A DNA stretch of 64,000 bases from Amphiscolops sp. MND2022 (lineage: Eukaryota). The translations under genes and the position numbers were made by a program. Below the pieces are notes generated by a model. That model saw nothing but the letters and a program-made list of their open reading frames with translations. It was not told where the DNA came from and did no database searches. The stretch spans positions 8,494,001 through 8,558,000 of the forward strand of contig OZ076420.1 in assembly GCA_964187785.1 (NCBI GenBank). The letters are read 5' to 3'. Of the stretch, positions 46,133-59,639 are shown piece after piece; within the stretch, counting starts at the first letter, position 1, and every line of letters begins with the position of its first letter.

Positions 46133-49100
46133 TAGACACGTCCTTCTTGTGAAACAAGGGCAACGCGGAGGGGGCCGCGCCAAGCGCGCATCAATTTAGG
46201 AGAAACTTTTCTTGGAACATATTGACAAAAAACCCATACGAGATCGCCGTGCTTGTACGCTTTGGCACGTATGGCAGAATTGTACATGAGTTTGTGACGC
46301 AACTGAGCTTGGTGGGTGTTGCGAAGCACTAGGTCATGAATTTCTTGTTGGCGGGCCAACAAATGGTCCACATAGGCGGCATGAGTTTCAAATGACTGAG
46401 TCGCAAACTCAGGGTAAAGGTATGTGAGCGGTATTGCTTTCTCAGTATCACGCCTCAACATGTAGGGAGAAAACCCTGTTGTTGCGCATCGGGTGGAGTT
46501 TTATGCACCAAGGATTTCATCTAGGTGCCTATCCCAGTACCGCATTCGGCAGGAACAAAACTCTCGCAGCAACGTTAGCAGTGTGCGATTCCGACGCTCC
46601 ACCAATCCATTGGGACGCGGGTGACCCGCGGTAGAAGTAACCTTGGTGACTTGCGAGGCCTTCATAAACTCCTTCGCGACATCGGCGGTCAAATTGGGAG
46701 CGTTGTCAGGTTGCATGCGTGAGGGCGTGCCATGTAGGGCAAACCAATTTTGAAGCAGTAGACGAGACGTAGTGCTGGCGTCACACTCTTCGTGACTGCA
46801 AGGTACAGGTTCAGCGAATTTGGAATAGTGGTCAATGTTGACCGAGATTCCCGTGTTGCTATCATCGGAGAGGCAGAGCTTCATGTGATCATATTGGACC
46901 AGCTCATTGAATTACCCACTCTGGATGTTCTTGAGATGAAAACGGACGTCGCCAGGTTTGTCTCGTACTTGCTGACAAGTAGGGCATTGACTGACGTATT
47001 GCCCTACAGTGCGACGAAGCCCAGGCCGCGTGTGGCGTTCTTGGATGCGTGCGACAACTTTCTTGATGCTTTGGTGACCCATTCCATAGTGTGCACGAAC
47101 GAGAATCTCATGCTGGTACAACTGGGACATCACAATCATGGAAGGCCGTTCATGCAGTAGTCGCTGCGACGGAGGATACTTCACACAAAGAACTCCATTG
47201 GATTTCAAGAATATTAATTCCTTTTTTGTTTGAAAATAGTTGCGGGCAAAAGCTCGCATATCCTCCGGGAAGATGTCTTGGTCAATGTTTTCGTTGTTGA
47301 CTAATTTTTTTGAGTCTCAATAAATGAACGTCTCCATTCTGGGCTAACAGCAAGTCCTTCATTCCAGGGACAGTTTTGGAATGCTCGTTAAGATCAGTGC
47401 TAATGCTTCGATTAGCAAACCTTACCTGTCTAACGTTATTTGGAGCAATTTGAAACACAGCTCCACTGGCCTCGGCCAGCGGGTAGGTTGTAGGCGCTGC
47501 GACATTTGTCACGTGGGTCGGCAGCAAGTAAAAGTGGCTTGCTTCTTCGGTTACATCTATCCAGTCTTCGGGATAGTCTGGATAGAAATCTTCGTGTGCG
47601 TGTAGCATGGGTGGGGGAGACGGCGGCAATGATGCCTGCCAAGCCTCTCTTTGTTTTCCCGTCGTTTGGTCCGCTGTGTGCATTTGGACCGTGTTAGGAA
47701 GGGTTGGTTGCACTTTTCGTACGTGCGATGGCAGGTCAGGGTGGTTTGATAGTTTTCGGCCTAGTACGTCAAACCATGGTGCGATGAGCAATCGTTCGTA
47801 CTCATCCTGAGAAAGGAAGTTTCAACGTTCAGCTACAGGAGGTAGCTTTTCTAGCAGTTGTCCTTGCCATCGATAGCCATTAGTTCGTTTGGACAAACCA
47901 TCGGCATTGCGATGTTGTGTCCATGGTAGGTGTTCCACGCGGAAGTGGTACTTCTCTAGTGCTTTTAGCCATCGACCAATGAGAGCCTGATCGGTTTAAT
48001 AGGTTTTCAACCACGACAGTGCTTGATAGTCCACTCGCAAAGTGAACTTTCGTGGACATAATTAGCTGTGGTTTTCGACAATGAAGTGGTAAGCGGCGTA
48101 CAATTCCAATTTGGGAGCTCCGTATTTTGCCTGGGTAGCGGTCAGCTTCTTGCTGCCGTAGAAAATAGGGCGGAGACTTCTATCCCCTGAAGGACCTTGC
48201 CACTGGTGCAGAATACCAGAAATTGCCACTGCGCCAACTTCACTATCCAGCACAATATAGCCTTCCGAGTCTGGCTGCGCGAGAACAGTCGCCTCGATGA
48301 GTGCCTTCTTGATTTCATTGAAGGGATGTTGTTGTTCAGACCCCCACGTGAAAGTGGTATTCACTCCAGGAGCAACAAGTATGGCTTGCCAAGGAATGAA
48401 CTCGCGATAGTAGTTGGCAAAGCCGAGAAAGCTTTGCATTTCCACTTTGCTGCGGCGAATGTCCCTGTCTCACAATTCTGCGACGGCTTTGGGGTCAGGT
48501 TTTACGCCCTCCGTTGATACTACGCGACCCAAGTATTTGATTTCAGACTTCATGAAAACTCATTTGGCAACTTTCATTTTGAACTCAGCTTCACGCAGCT
48601 TCACAATTTTGCGTAGCGCTCAAGCTATCGCTCCCTAAAAAGTGGCGGAAGCGTTACACATGCCAAACGGCATGCGCCTCCACTCGAAAAGCCCTAGCTT
48701 CCAAGCAAATGCGGTCTTCTGGCGGTCAGCCTTTCTGACAGGGATTTGCCAGAAAACCCCAGCCAAGTCAATGCTGGTGTAAGTTTTTGCTTTGCCCAGT
48801 CTGGCTAGTCTTTCGTCAATACGGGTAACGGGTAGTCGTTTTTGACGGTTACCTCATTCAGCAGGACCGTAACTAACCGTTCTTCTTCCTAACTCTGACG
48901 ATACCGCAGGTCCAAGGTGAGAATGAGGGTTGGATCATTCCAAGTGCAAGCAGGTTGCGCACTTCCTGAATGGCACGTGCTGCCTTTTCAGGAGACTTGC
49001 GCCTGGCATCTTCACGGTGTGGCACATCACCTGGTTCTACCTCCACCGGGTGTTTGGCTATGGTGCATCGACCAATATCAGCTCTATGTTTCATGAACTT

Positions 49101-49647
49101 ATCGTCGAACTCAGTTTAGATATTGTCTGAAGAAGTGCTAGCTTCAGAACCCCACAGGTTCTCTACCTCCTGTAGCTGCGACTCTGGCCCCGGTATGGGA
49201 GCCATTAGCTCAAGACCCGTGAGTTTCTGCTTTTCTCGGTCTGAAAGACCTTCCTCAGTAGGATCTGTTGATGACAAAAACTCGAATTCGGATGAAGAAG
49301 TTAATTGCGAGTCAGTACTGAGATTAATTTCCTAATAAATTTTATGAACACGTTCAAAATAGTCTTTATCGACCTGAGTTTTTGGTTTTATGTTATCCAC
49401 TCGCTGGGGTATAGCTGGGTACACTAGGGATACGAGTACCACAGATCCTAAGTGGGTGTTGCTACGGATACTTTGTGGGCTGCTCGTGAGGTTCATCACG
49501 CTCATAAAGAAATGGCCTGTCTCACTGACAGTGGCAACGCAGTCCTCTAAAAATACAATAGTTTGTAGTGACACGTCCGCAAGAGCGACGTTCAACACTA
49601 ACTTTTGAAACACTAGTGGCTCCAAGTTCGTAGTAACCACTTTGGCT
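46132..49647 (-). pseudogene. pol: Family B pol (RT with YxDD region deleted, RNase H, integrase)
   Basis: IQPSFSPW, IDLAGVFWQ and MPFGMCNASATF, then directly KLREA (no YxDD); FLGFANYYREFI; RAHYGMGH...CPTC; GTPSRMQPDN and NGLVERRNRTL. Confidence 0.9.
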
Positions 49648-52600
49648 TTCACGACAGTGCGTTCAAACAGCTGCAGCACCAAGTCGCCGTCTCGAGCGAA
49701 GGGAACTGCTGAAGTGGCGTCACCTACCTGAGTGTGGGCATGGTGCCATACTGGTGGAACTGGCGCACGGACCACGATCTTCATCGATGTCAGGTCAACA
49801 AGGACCTGATAAGTTCGTTGAAAGTTGCGGCCTAGCAGGAAGTCTTCGACTCCCATTGCATCGTCCACTACAACGAAGTTCGTTTTTCACTCGTATCCTC
49901 TTAATTGGAAGCGCACACGCTCCGCCAATCCAAATGTTTTGATGGTTTTGCCATTGGCAGCGTACAAGTCATTCTGGTAAGGTTTTAGCGACTCGGTTGA
50001 AGGCTGAGAATGTCAAAATAGACACTCCGGAACCGGTGTTTATCAAACCCCGCAAAGGGATTGGTGCCGCTTGGGGCAAGATAAAGAATACAACGAGCGA
50101 TGTACGCTCGTCTATTCGTGCTTCGCCGGTGGGTTCCTGGCGATTGATGATGTAGCATTTGATCTCTTGGGGTCACAGACATGTGCCAGGATGGAATACG
50201 TCCACTACCAGGCAAGCATTGAAGTTCACGTCAACGCCGTCCATCGTAGCAAAAATGAGCACTGGAGAATACGTAGTCAATGTGTCCGATTCTCCAGGGA
50301 CATACCATTTCTTCCGGCGAGGAAATTTCCACTTTCTTGTACGAGATGGATAGTTCAACCCAGTAATTGGCGAGAGTTAACGTCGGGCGACGCAATTGCT
50401 CTGCAGCCAACATCAAATGGTCGAAGGTCGATGGCTCTGGGTGCGTTTGCACTTGCTTGGCACCGCAAGTTATGGTGAGGGGTGTATAAAATTCGGGAGG
50501 TTCCGCGTGGTGGAGAATCAACACGCGGTCGTCCTCTAACGGCACAGAATGGGCAGCTGCAGCAGGCGCCTTAACTTCCGCCCATCGCCTGTAAGCGAGG
50601 TCGTCACACACAAGATTTTCCGCGCATTGTGAAGCCACATGATCTATCAGGCCACTATTGACGCAAAAGCAGACCCCGGAGCAGTTCTCCGCTATGCGTT
50701 CTACGACGTATTCAGTAGTGGTTTTACAGCTTCAGGCGCTGGCACCACAGTGGGTGAACGAGCCTGATCTCGGGTAGGACAATCTCGGGCAGAGTGACCT
50801 ATCTGGCAACAATTGACACAGGCACCTAGCGGCACGCGTACAACTGGTGGCGCCGCCGCAGGGTCAGCAGGTGCATTACTCGAGGGTGGAGGCAATACTC
50901 TCTGCGGCAATACCATCTTGTTTGGTGGCAATGGTACGAAAGGATGAGGGCTTGACCTCATGGCGTGAAGGGGATGTGAAGGTTTGGGCCAACTAAGCTG
51001 CTGTTGCCTGGTGGTGAATTGCAAGGATTCCACAGTGGGTGGGTCAGTTACGGTAGTTTCTGAAGTATAGATGATGGAGAGTTCCCGTCGCATCGTGGTG
51101 TCACGAGCACCCTCGATGAAGCGTTGCAGTCTTTCATAACGCTTAGTAGCTACGAGCTCATCAGGAAATTCCTGACTACGGAGCCTTTCCAAGGCGTCTA
51201 GGTACTGCATCCAATCTACTTTTTCAGATTGTTGTCGAGTAGGAAAGACTTGACGCACTTGCATTATGTTGCCTCTAGTTCCATTTCGACTGACTAGCAA
51301 CTCGAATACTGTTTCAGGCGTGTCCCGTCCGGGTGATTATGTAATTACGCGCTTCGCCTTTCAAGTGACTGATGATGCTCCAAGCTCTGTCATCTAGAAT
51401 TGCTTTGGCCTGAGTGCGTTGCAGATAGCGGCGCATGGCTAGGATCCAGTCATCAATGGAACCTTTTTAAGACCCTCGGTAAACACTAGGTCTGGCTTGT
51501 ATGGGGTCGCGCCTAGCTAGTAAGCGGGCTAGTACCTTCGACATGGCTTTTGATAATGCAGCGGTGAATCGCAGTTGCTCAGGGGAGATGACCTCCCCCT
51601 CGTCGCTGGCTGCTGGGGAATTGTCTCAACTACCTTTGGTAGCCTGCATGGACAGTTCTCCATTTGGATTATCCTTTTTGCGAGTGCTGTTAGCCCAAGG
51701 GTTGCCTCTGAGTTCTCCTTCACTAGACGTCAGGAACCGTTAACCAGTTCCAGCGGTCTTGACCTTGACGGTGGCGTACGTATCATCTTCCACACTAATG
51801 GTTTGAGACCCAGTCGTTGCCTTCGTGTCGGTCAGATCTATGACAAGCGAGGTGGTGGTCAAAGGATTCACGACAGTGCGTTCAAACAGCTGCAGCACCA
51901 GGTCGCCGTCTCGAGCGAAGGGAACTGCTGAAGTGGCGTCACCTACCTGAGTGTGGGCATGGTGCCAGACTGGTGGAACTGGCGCGCGGACCACGATCTT
52001 CATCGATGTCAGGTCAACAAGGACCTGATAAGTTCGTTGAAAGTTGCGGCCTAGCAGGAAGTCTTCGACTCCCATTGCATCGTCCACTACAACGAAGTTC
52101 GTTTTTCACTCGTATCCTCCTAATTGGAAGCGCACACGCTCCGCCAATCCAAATGTTTTGATGGTTTTGCCATTGGCGGCGTACAATTCAATCTGGTAAG
52201 GTTTTAACACTACTCCAGTCTGAACAGCGACTCGGTTGAAGGCTGAGAATGTCAAAATAGACACTCCGGAACCGGTGTCTATCAAACCCCGCAAAGGGAT
52301 TGGTGCCGCTTGGGGCAAGATAAAGAATACAACGAGCGACGTACGCTCGTCTATTCGTGCTTCGCCGGTGGGTTCCTGGCGATTGATGTTGTAGCATTTG
52401 ATCTCTTGGGGTCACAGACATGTGCCAGGATGGAATACGTCCACTACCAGGCAAGCATTGAAGTTCACGTCAACGCCGTCCATCGTAGCAAAAATGAGCA
52501 CTGGAGAATACGTAGTCAATGTGTCCGATTCTCCAGGGACATACCATTTCTTCGGGCGAGGAAGTTCCACTTTCTTGTACGAGATGGATTGTTCAACCCA

Positions 52601-54104
52601 GTAATTGGCGAGAGTTAACGTCGGGCGACGCAATTGCTCTGCAGCCAACATCAAATGGTCGATGGTCGATGGCTCTGAGTGCTTTTGCACTTGCTTGGCA
52701 CCGCAAGTTATGGTGAGGGGTGTATAAAATTCGGCAGGTTCCGCGTGGTGGAGAATCAACACGCGGTCGTCCTCTAACGGCACAGAATGGGCGGCTGCAG
52801 CAGGCGCCTTAACTTCCGCCCATCGGCTGTAAGCGAGGTTGTCACACACAAGATTTTCCGCGCATTGTGAAGCCACATGATCTATCAGGCCACTATTGAT
52901 GCAAAAGCGGACCCCGGAGCAGTTCTCCGCTATGCGTTCTACGACGTATTCAGTAGTGGTTTTACAGCTTCAGGCGCTGGCACCACAGTGGGTGAACGAG
53001 CCTGATCTCGGGTAGGACAATCTCGGGCAAAGTGACCTATCTGGCAACAATTGACACAGGCACCTAGCGGCACGCGTACAACTGGTGGCGCCGCCGCAGG
53101 GTCAGCAGGTGCATTACTCGAGGGTGGAGGCAATACTCTCTGCGGCAATACCATCTTGTTTGGTGGCAATGGTACGAAAGGATGAGGGCTTGACCTCATG
53201 GCGTGAAGGGGATGTGAAGGTTTGGGCCAACTAAGCTGCTGTTGCCTGGTGGTGAATTGCAAGGATTCCACAGTGGGTGGGTCAGTTACGGTAGTTTCTG
53301 AAGTATAGATGATGGAGAGTTCCCGTCGCATCGTGGTGTCACGAGCACCCTCGATGAAGCGTTGCAGTCTTTCATAACGCTTAGTAGCTACGAGCTCATC
53401 AGGAAATTCCTGACTACGGAGCCTTTCCAAGGCGTCTAGGTACTGCATCCAATCTACTTTTTCAGATTGTTGTCGAGTAGGAAAGACTTGACGCACTTGC
53501 ATTATGTTGCCTCTAGTTCCATTTCGACTGACTAGCAACTCGAATACTGTTTCAGGCGTGTCCCGTCCGGGTGATTATGTAATTACGCGCTTCGCCTTTC
53601 AAGTGACTGATGATGCTCCAAGCTCTGTCATCTGGAATTGCTTTGGCCTGAGTGCGTTGCAGATAGCGGCGCATGGCTAGGATCCAGTCATCAATGGAAC
53701 CTTTTTAAGACCCTCGGTAAACACTAGGTCTGGCTTGTATGGGGTCGCGCCTAGCTAGTAAGCGGGCTAGTTCCTTCGACATGGCTTTTGATAATGCAGC
53801 GGTGAATCGCAGTTGCTCAGGGGAGATGACATCCCCCTCGTCGCTGGCTGCTGGGGAATTGTCTCAACTACCCTTGGTAGCCTGCATGGACAGTTCTCCA
53901 TTTGGATTATCCTTTTTGCGAGTGCTGTTAGCCCAAGGGTTGCCTCTGAGTTCTCCTTCACTAGACGTCAGGAACCTTGAACCAGTTCCAGCGGTCTTGA
54001 CCTTGACGGTGGCGTACGTATCGTCTTCCACACTAATGGTTTGAGACCCAGTCGTTGCCTTCGTGTCGGTCAGATCTATGACAAGCGAGGTGGTGGTCAA
54101 AGGA
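49648..54104 (-). repeat. Tandem duplication of gag-protease (2238-bp unit; left copy 2219 bp after a 19-bp deletion)
   Basis: TTCAC microhomology at 49648, 51867 and 54105; near-identical 199-aa ORFs 50701-51300 and 52939-53538. Confidence 0.95.
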
Positions 54105-55393
54105 TTCACTCCTCGATCCAGAGTTCGAGTAAGTGTCAGTGTGGGTGGCATCTGAATGGTGCTCAGTGAGTTTGGCTCGCACACGTGTACCTTGGTGTGC
54201 TTCTTAGCCATCTCTGAACGCTGGGGTGCTTTGGTCATCGTATTGGCTAGCCTTCAGTATCAAAGGTGGGTCAGGGGTGGGCGCGGGCACCACCTTACTA
54301 CTGGATGAAGCATGTTCGTCTGCTCTAGCTTGGTCACTGCTTTGGGTTGCAGAACTCAGTGTGTTCATTTTGGTGTTGAGTTCAGCCATTTGCACTTCCA
54401 TACGAAGTTCGCGTTAAAGGAATAAATCCTTCATTTCTTCTATACGATATCCCATAGCATCCACTTTGGCAGACTGCACCGTGTGTTGTTGATTAGTAGC
54501 CCTCAGGCTACCTTTTACAGGGCTTTGCATGGCTTCAGTCTCCGCTTGCAACATCGCGGTTCTGGCTGGTTCCGCCTCCTCTACAGCGCGATACGCTGAT
54601 GATTTTCGTGACGAGGCAATAGAGGTGGTGCCGTCACGTATCGACTGTGCATTGTCACGGTTCGATTCATCCTGCATGTACAATGTGGGAGAACGCACCT
54701 TCTTTGATTTCCTGAGCCCTTCATCCGACTGGCTTCCAAACGATCCTTGGCATAAACCATGCCACATACGTATGTCATGCTTTCAAGAATAGCATCAGTG
54801 TCTTTGCTACCAGGACTGCTATCTTCGTCGGGTGCCCTCGAGCAGCCTTCGTGTAAAAGCGTGGCACCAATAGCCTCAAAAGAGCTTTCATTCGAAGTGG
54901 GCCAAAATCCACCTGTTGAAGGTGACACCAACCCGCTCCAGGTACCATGTATCCATTGTCCAGTGCGGAGGAATTCCTCCGAAACTGGTGAGCTGTCTCG
55001 AACAAGAGTCGTGACATCTTGCTCTTCCTTTCTCTGTTGATCGATAGTTACTTTATCAGAACCGGTCACTAAAGATTATACAGAGGGCCATTATCGAATG
55101 CTGAAGTTGCTAACGGAACTTTCCCATTGGATTGAGCTTGTTTCCTGGGTCCCTTTCGTTCCACTGATTCCGGACGTACATGATTCGCTCGTTTCGCTCG
55201 TGACTGTTGCATGGCGTGTAAGTGTTTTAGCAATAGCTATTAAATTAGCCCAAAACATGGTGTAACGATGGTTTATTTCATGAGAAGGTACACCGAGGTA
55301 AACGTGGACTATCAACGAATGCACCATTCGGTTCTCAGCGAGGCCCACGTAATTACGATCGCTGATAACAAGACTGCGCGTTGCTTTGCTCAA
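51867..55393 (-). pseudogene. gag: Family B gag-protease (upstream copy)
   Basis: IDDWILAMRRYL...HLKGEARNY capsid-like segment; CVNCCQIGHFARDC knuckle; LIDTGSGVSIL protease (the left copy has NTG). Confidence 0.85.
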
Positions 55394-57907
55394 TACACTA
55401 GGCAGCCAGGTATGACCAAAAGCTGCAGTATTCGTACCTAGGGGTCCCTAGAGAGTACGCGACCACTGGTCGTTCCGGCGAAATTTTAACCAAATTTCAG
55501 TCTTAGCACGCTTCCAAACAGCCGAAATTGCTTCTAGTGGTCGTAGCTAGTTCAAACTCGCTCCCGCAAAACACTCCAGCAAAACCAAAAATAGGCTCTG
55601 TTAGCTTTTACGTGTTCGTTGGACCGAGCACGAGGCACTTACAATAATTTGTGAAATTTTTGGACAGTACAAAAAAACACAAGTGGCTCGTACTCGTCAC
55701 TGAAGAGTGGGATTCAGCTCAAAGTTAGCCAGCGGATCTTGCACACACGTAGGTATACGAAACTGAGCACTGATTTGGGCCCCGAGACTTGTATACTGTT
55801 TCGCCTCAGTACAAACGTGCGGTACGCCTACGTGTCAGAAGGAGGGAGTCTAAATGAACGCTTTTCACGTAACTTCTAAGCACTGAGTTCAGTTAGCGAT
55901 TCGATTTTCTCGCTGGCAGTGCACTAACTAGCACAAATTACGTTAGTGGGTTGCAATTTGTCCCACTTTTCAGCTAAGGTGTTCAGGCACTTCCAAAAAG
56001 TTCAAAAAAGTTGCCTTTTTGCACCTCTTTTTGTACAGTACGTTTTCGTCAATTTCTCTACAACTACCTCACCGATCGGTACAAAACTTGATAGATGCTG
56101 CCAGTGGGCACCTACAATGCTGGTTCGAATGTCCGACGGAAGCTCGCGAGCTTTCCTGGGATTCCGAGTGAATACAGACACTATTTTGGCAAAACAGTCT
56201 TTTTTGACACTCTTTTTACAAATTGGCTAAGAGGGTCGAACTACAAGTGGTACGACAGGCAATATAAAGTGAACGTGTTGCCCCACTAATCACAGCACTG
56301 CCACAAGCCTTCAATTAGCCGTGCCCGTTAGGTATGAGACACTGTCGGTCTTACAGTTTTGGCTTTTTTGGCTAATATAACACTTTCTGAGTTCAAAACG
56401 TCAGAGAACTTTTCTCGACTTTGGTTAGCACTAGGCTCACCAAACTTTCGGTTTCCGGCAGTAACGTTTATTTCAGTGGTGGTTGAAAAAATGCAACCAC
56501 TTTTTAGCTAGGGATCAGGAATCAATGTCCCGACCCGGTTTTATAGACAGTCCGGTTTTTTTGAAATTTTGTCAAATTCAGTGCGTTTTTCCATTTTTCT
56601 CAGCACTGAAGGGGAATTTTCACATGCTGTTTCCACCGCCACACAGTAATTTTACTCCAAAAAAAGGATAATTATAGCGCGCGAGCTCTCTCGTACAATC
56701 TAAAGTTGGCTCTGCAGAGTTTTTACTATCCACTCTACACGGTGCAAAAACGGCCAAAATCACAAGACTTTTGCTTATCCGCGATTTCTTTCAGGAGCGG
56801 CTAAATTGGCTACAAAAGAAAGTTCTAGTGCCCAGGGGTTGTGTTTTGCTCGAGAAACTACTTCACAACAGTTCCCTGGCTTTTACACCTGGTTGCACCT
56901 GTAATTTTGGGTGAATTTTCGCCCATTTTTCCACTTTTTGCACTTTTTCATCACAAATCACGTCTTTTTTACATGAAGGAGCCACGGGAACAGTCTATCT
57001 TTTTTCCCGACTCCCTCAGGGCTTTAGGTTACTTTTGCCCCAGTTTTTACAAGGCTACGTTGCACTTACGGAGCACTCATGCTCCAACCAAGAACAAACA
57101 CCAAAAAAACACGAAAAATCGTTATTTTTGCAAAAAAAACTCTGTTTTCTTCGCTCAAAAGCGTTGCAAAGGGTTGTATTTACATTGCAAAAAATTGTCA
57201 CTGACCTGCACCAACGACCTCCCGATGAAAAAAGGTGCATGTTCAAAATTTTCGCGAACCATAACCCATCTGAGTGACACTTCTGGTCTAAGGGGACGTG
57301 CCTTCGCCACGCAATTTTTCCACATCCAGACCAGCTAGAGACTTGCGGTTTGAACCGTTAGCACCGTCAGCACTTGCACTCGCTGTCCATTATATTTCGT
57401 CCCTCTCGGACCATAGCACTCCATTTTGAACCCCCATCGCTCTGGTGGAGAATGGCGTTTCCTCCATCATAGCTTGAATAGTCTTGCATAGCTCAGAAAG
57501 CTGAAAATAGCTAGAAACACCTGTTTTACACACGTAGCAACGCCATTGCACCCGTAGCAACACCCGTAGCAAACACCTGTTTTACCGCTACGGTAACTAT
57601 CTCCTGCAAAACACATACCCGCTGATGGGTCAACATATCACAACATCACAAAATATGCATTTACTGGTTTTTCTCCCCGAAAATGCCATAACCACACCTG
57701 AAAACGTGTTTTTTTTGGTTTTTAAGGGTTCATTCCGTTCCAGCTTCCAAGGCAACATGCAGTCGTTAAAAAAGGCAAAACTCTCGCTTCTCCCACAGAG
57801 TCGAAACTGTCTTGGCGCTGAACACCGGTGGGCCAGATTTTTAATAACCATGCAGGAAAGCTTCCCAAAAACTATCCCTCTGTTGTGGCCAAAAAAATGA
57901 TGTTCCA

Positions 57908-58001
57908 TGTAACGCCAAGCGCTAAGCGGTTGTATCGTAACATTGAAGTGGAGGAACTGGTACCACGGATACGGACCGGGACAAACCACCATGATATCAG
58001 C
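57908..58001 (-). repeat. Exposed 94 bp of the family B 5' LTR
   Basis: Homologous to 37764-37857; TGG (PBS-like, tRNA not identified) follows immediately on the minus strand. Confidence 0.75.
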
Positions 58002-59639
58002 TAAAGTACTTGGTTAGTGTTGTTATTTAATGTTAAGATAGAATTGAGCCTTTCTATCGAAATTACGATTAGTACTTTAAGAGACGCTAACAGAGCTGCA
58101 GTTATTAGGTCTTAAGGTGAAGACAACTAATCGGTGAAGATTCAATTCAAGTTGTGTTCTACAAATCAGAATTCATGGTATTGAATACAAAGTAGTTACA
58201 TCAATCAATTCATTTTACATCTAGAATATTAATCGAGTACATTCATAAATGAGGTGCACTGTTCTAAAGTCTAGACATATAGGGGGCGGGGGATAATTAT
58301 AAATCATGAAGTATTTGGTACATCATCTGGTATATCATCCGACCGGGTTTTGAAAAAAAAATTTAATTAAATTTGGTGTTGATTTTAAAATTTATTGGTG
58401 TAAATTTTGGAATTGGAGGTTTCATTCAAATTGTCGGAGGTTAGTTTAATACGTATGAAGAGAAAGAATAATAAGAGAAGGTTTGGCAGTCTCTGATATA
58501 AAGTTTTATGAAAGAAAAAAATTTTTGATTGGAATTTTTTTTCACTTATATTATTAGAAAGTTGTCTTCATTTCTTTCCTTTCGTGAGTTACGGGCAGTA
58601 TCGGGTCTTAGCCTAGGTGAGATTATTTCAGAAAGTAGTTAAGTACATTTGTTTAATCAGTAGGCCAGAGGATGTATTTAGAAATTACAAGAGAAAAATT
58701 TTGAATTTTTGAGGGTGATTTGCATATTCATATTGGTGATGATTTTGTAGTTTAATCTTTTCGAGGTCTATGAATATTTCATATAAGATCTATTCTAAGT
58801 TTCTTCCGAGGCGGTAAAAAATTTGAGTGACAGGCAGAAAATTGTAAAAAATAAAAGATTGGCAAGAAATGGCAGCCTGATCGACAAAGAAGATCAGAGT
58901 GAAAGACTAAGATTCTTAGTTGTCTGCTAACTAAGCATTTACCTTTTTAGTCTTTTGAACAATTAAAATGGAATGGCGGAGCTTCAAAGCAAGAAGGTGG
59001 CGTGATCAAAACGAATTTGGAAGCCAAAACAAATCCATGAGTCAACATGTGTTATAAATTCTATCGTGTGGCAGGTAATTTTTTTTCAATTGAGAAAAGG
59101 CAAAAAAATTTGATCAAGCAAATTTATTTGCAAAATTAGCAAGTGACGAAGAGTTAGATGCTGAGGTGAGTGAGTTTTAATATGTGATTCGGTAAGAGTA
59201 GGAAGAAAAAGGAAAGGGTGTTAGAACTGGAGTTATAGAGAAGCAAAGTTAAAATTTTTGGGAGAAAGATTAAAAAAATGGAATCTTGTTTGAAAAAAGG
59301 TTTATTAAAGCGGCAGAAAGGAGAAAAGAAAAAGAAAGGTAGCTCCACAATTTAGGAGAAATTGAGGCGAGAGCAACATGTTAAGATGGAATTTGTAAAA
59401 TTTTATCTGTTAGAACCGAAGTTAAAAGGAAATTTTACAAAGAAAATTGTGTGACGTTAGGGGGGAAATTTTGAAACAAAATGGAAAAAGGAAGGGTAGC
59501 ATAAAAGTAGAAGGTGGGGGGGGGGGTTAAAAGCAATATAGGGAGGGGGTGAGATTGTTGTACTCAAAACATAAGAACATAGACAGTTTTAAACAAAATG
59601 TACAAAAATATGTAGGGGAAAACGAACATATGAAACATT

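Larger units (their letters stand above)
37764..58001 (-). mobile_element. Giant Ty3/Gypsy element, family B (3' LTR 37764-38225; 5' LTR starts at 57908 and is interrupted by A-2)
   Basis: TG...CA 462-bp LTR with an adjacent minus-strand PPT; 57908-58001 matches 37764-37857 at 86/94; all internal ORFs lie on the minus strand in gag-PR-RT-RH-IN order. Confidence 0.8.

Noticed and set aside
55946-57992. Short ORFs in the family B leader (e.g. 56841-57338, 57630-57992)
   Set aside because: No recognisable motifs, both strands are involved, and no second copy supports them.
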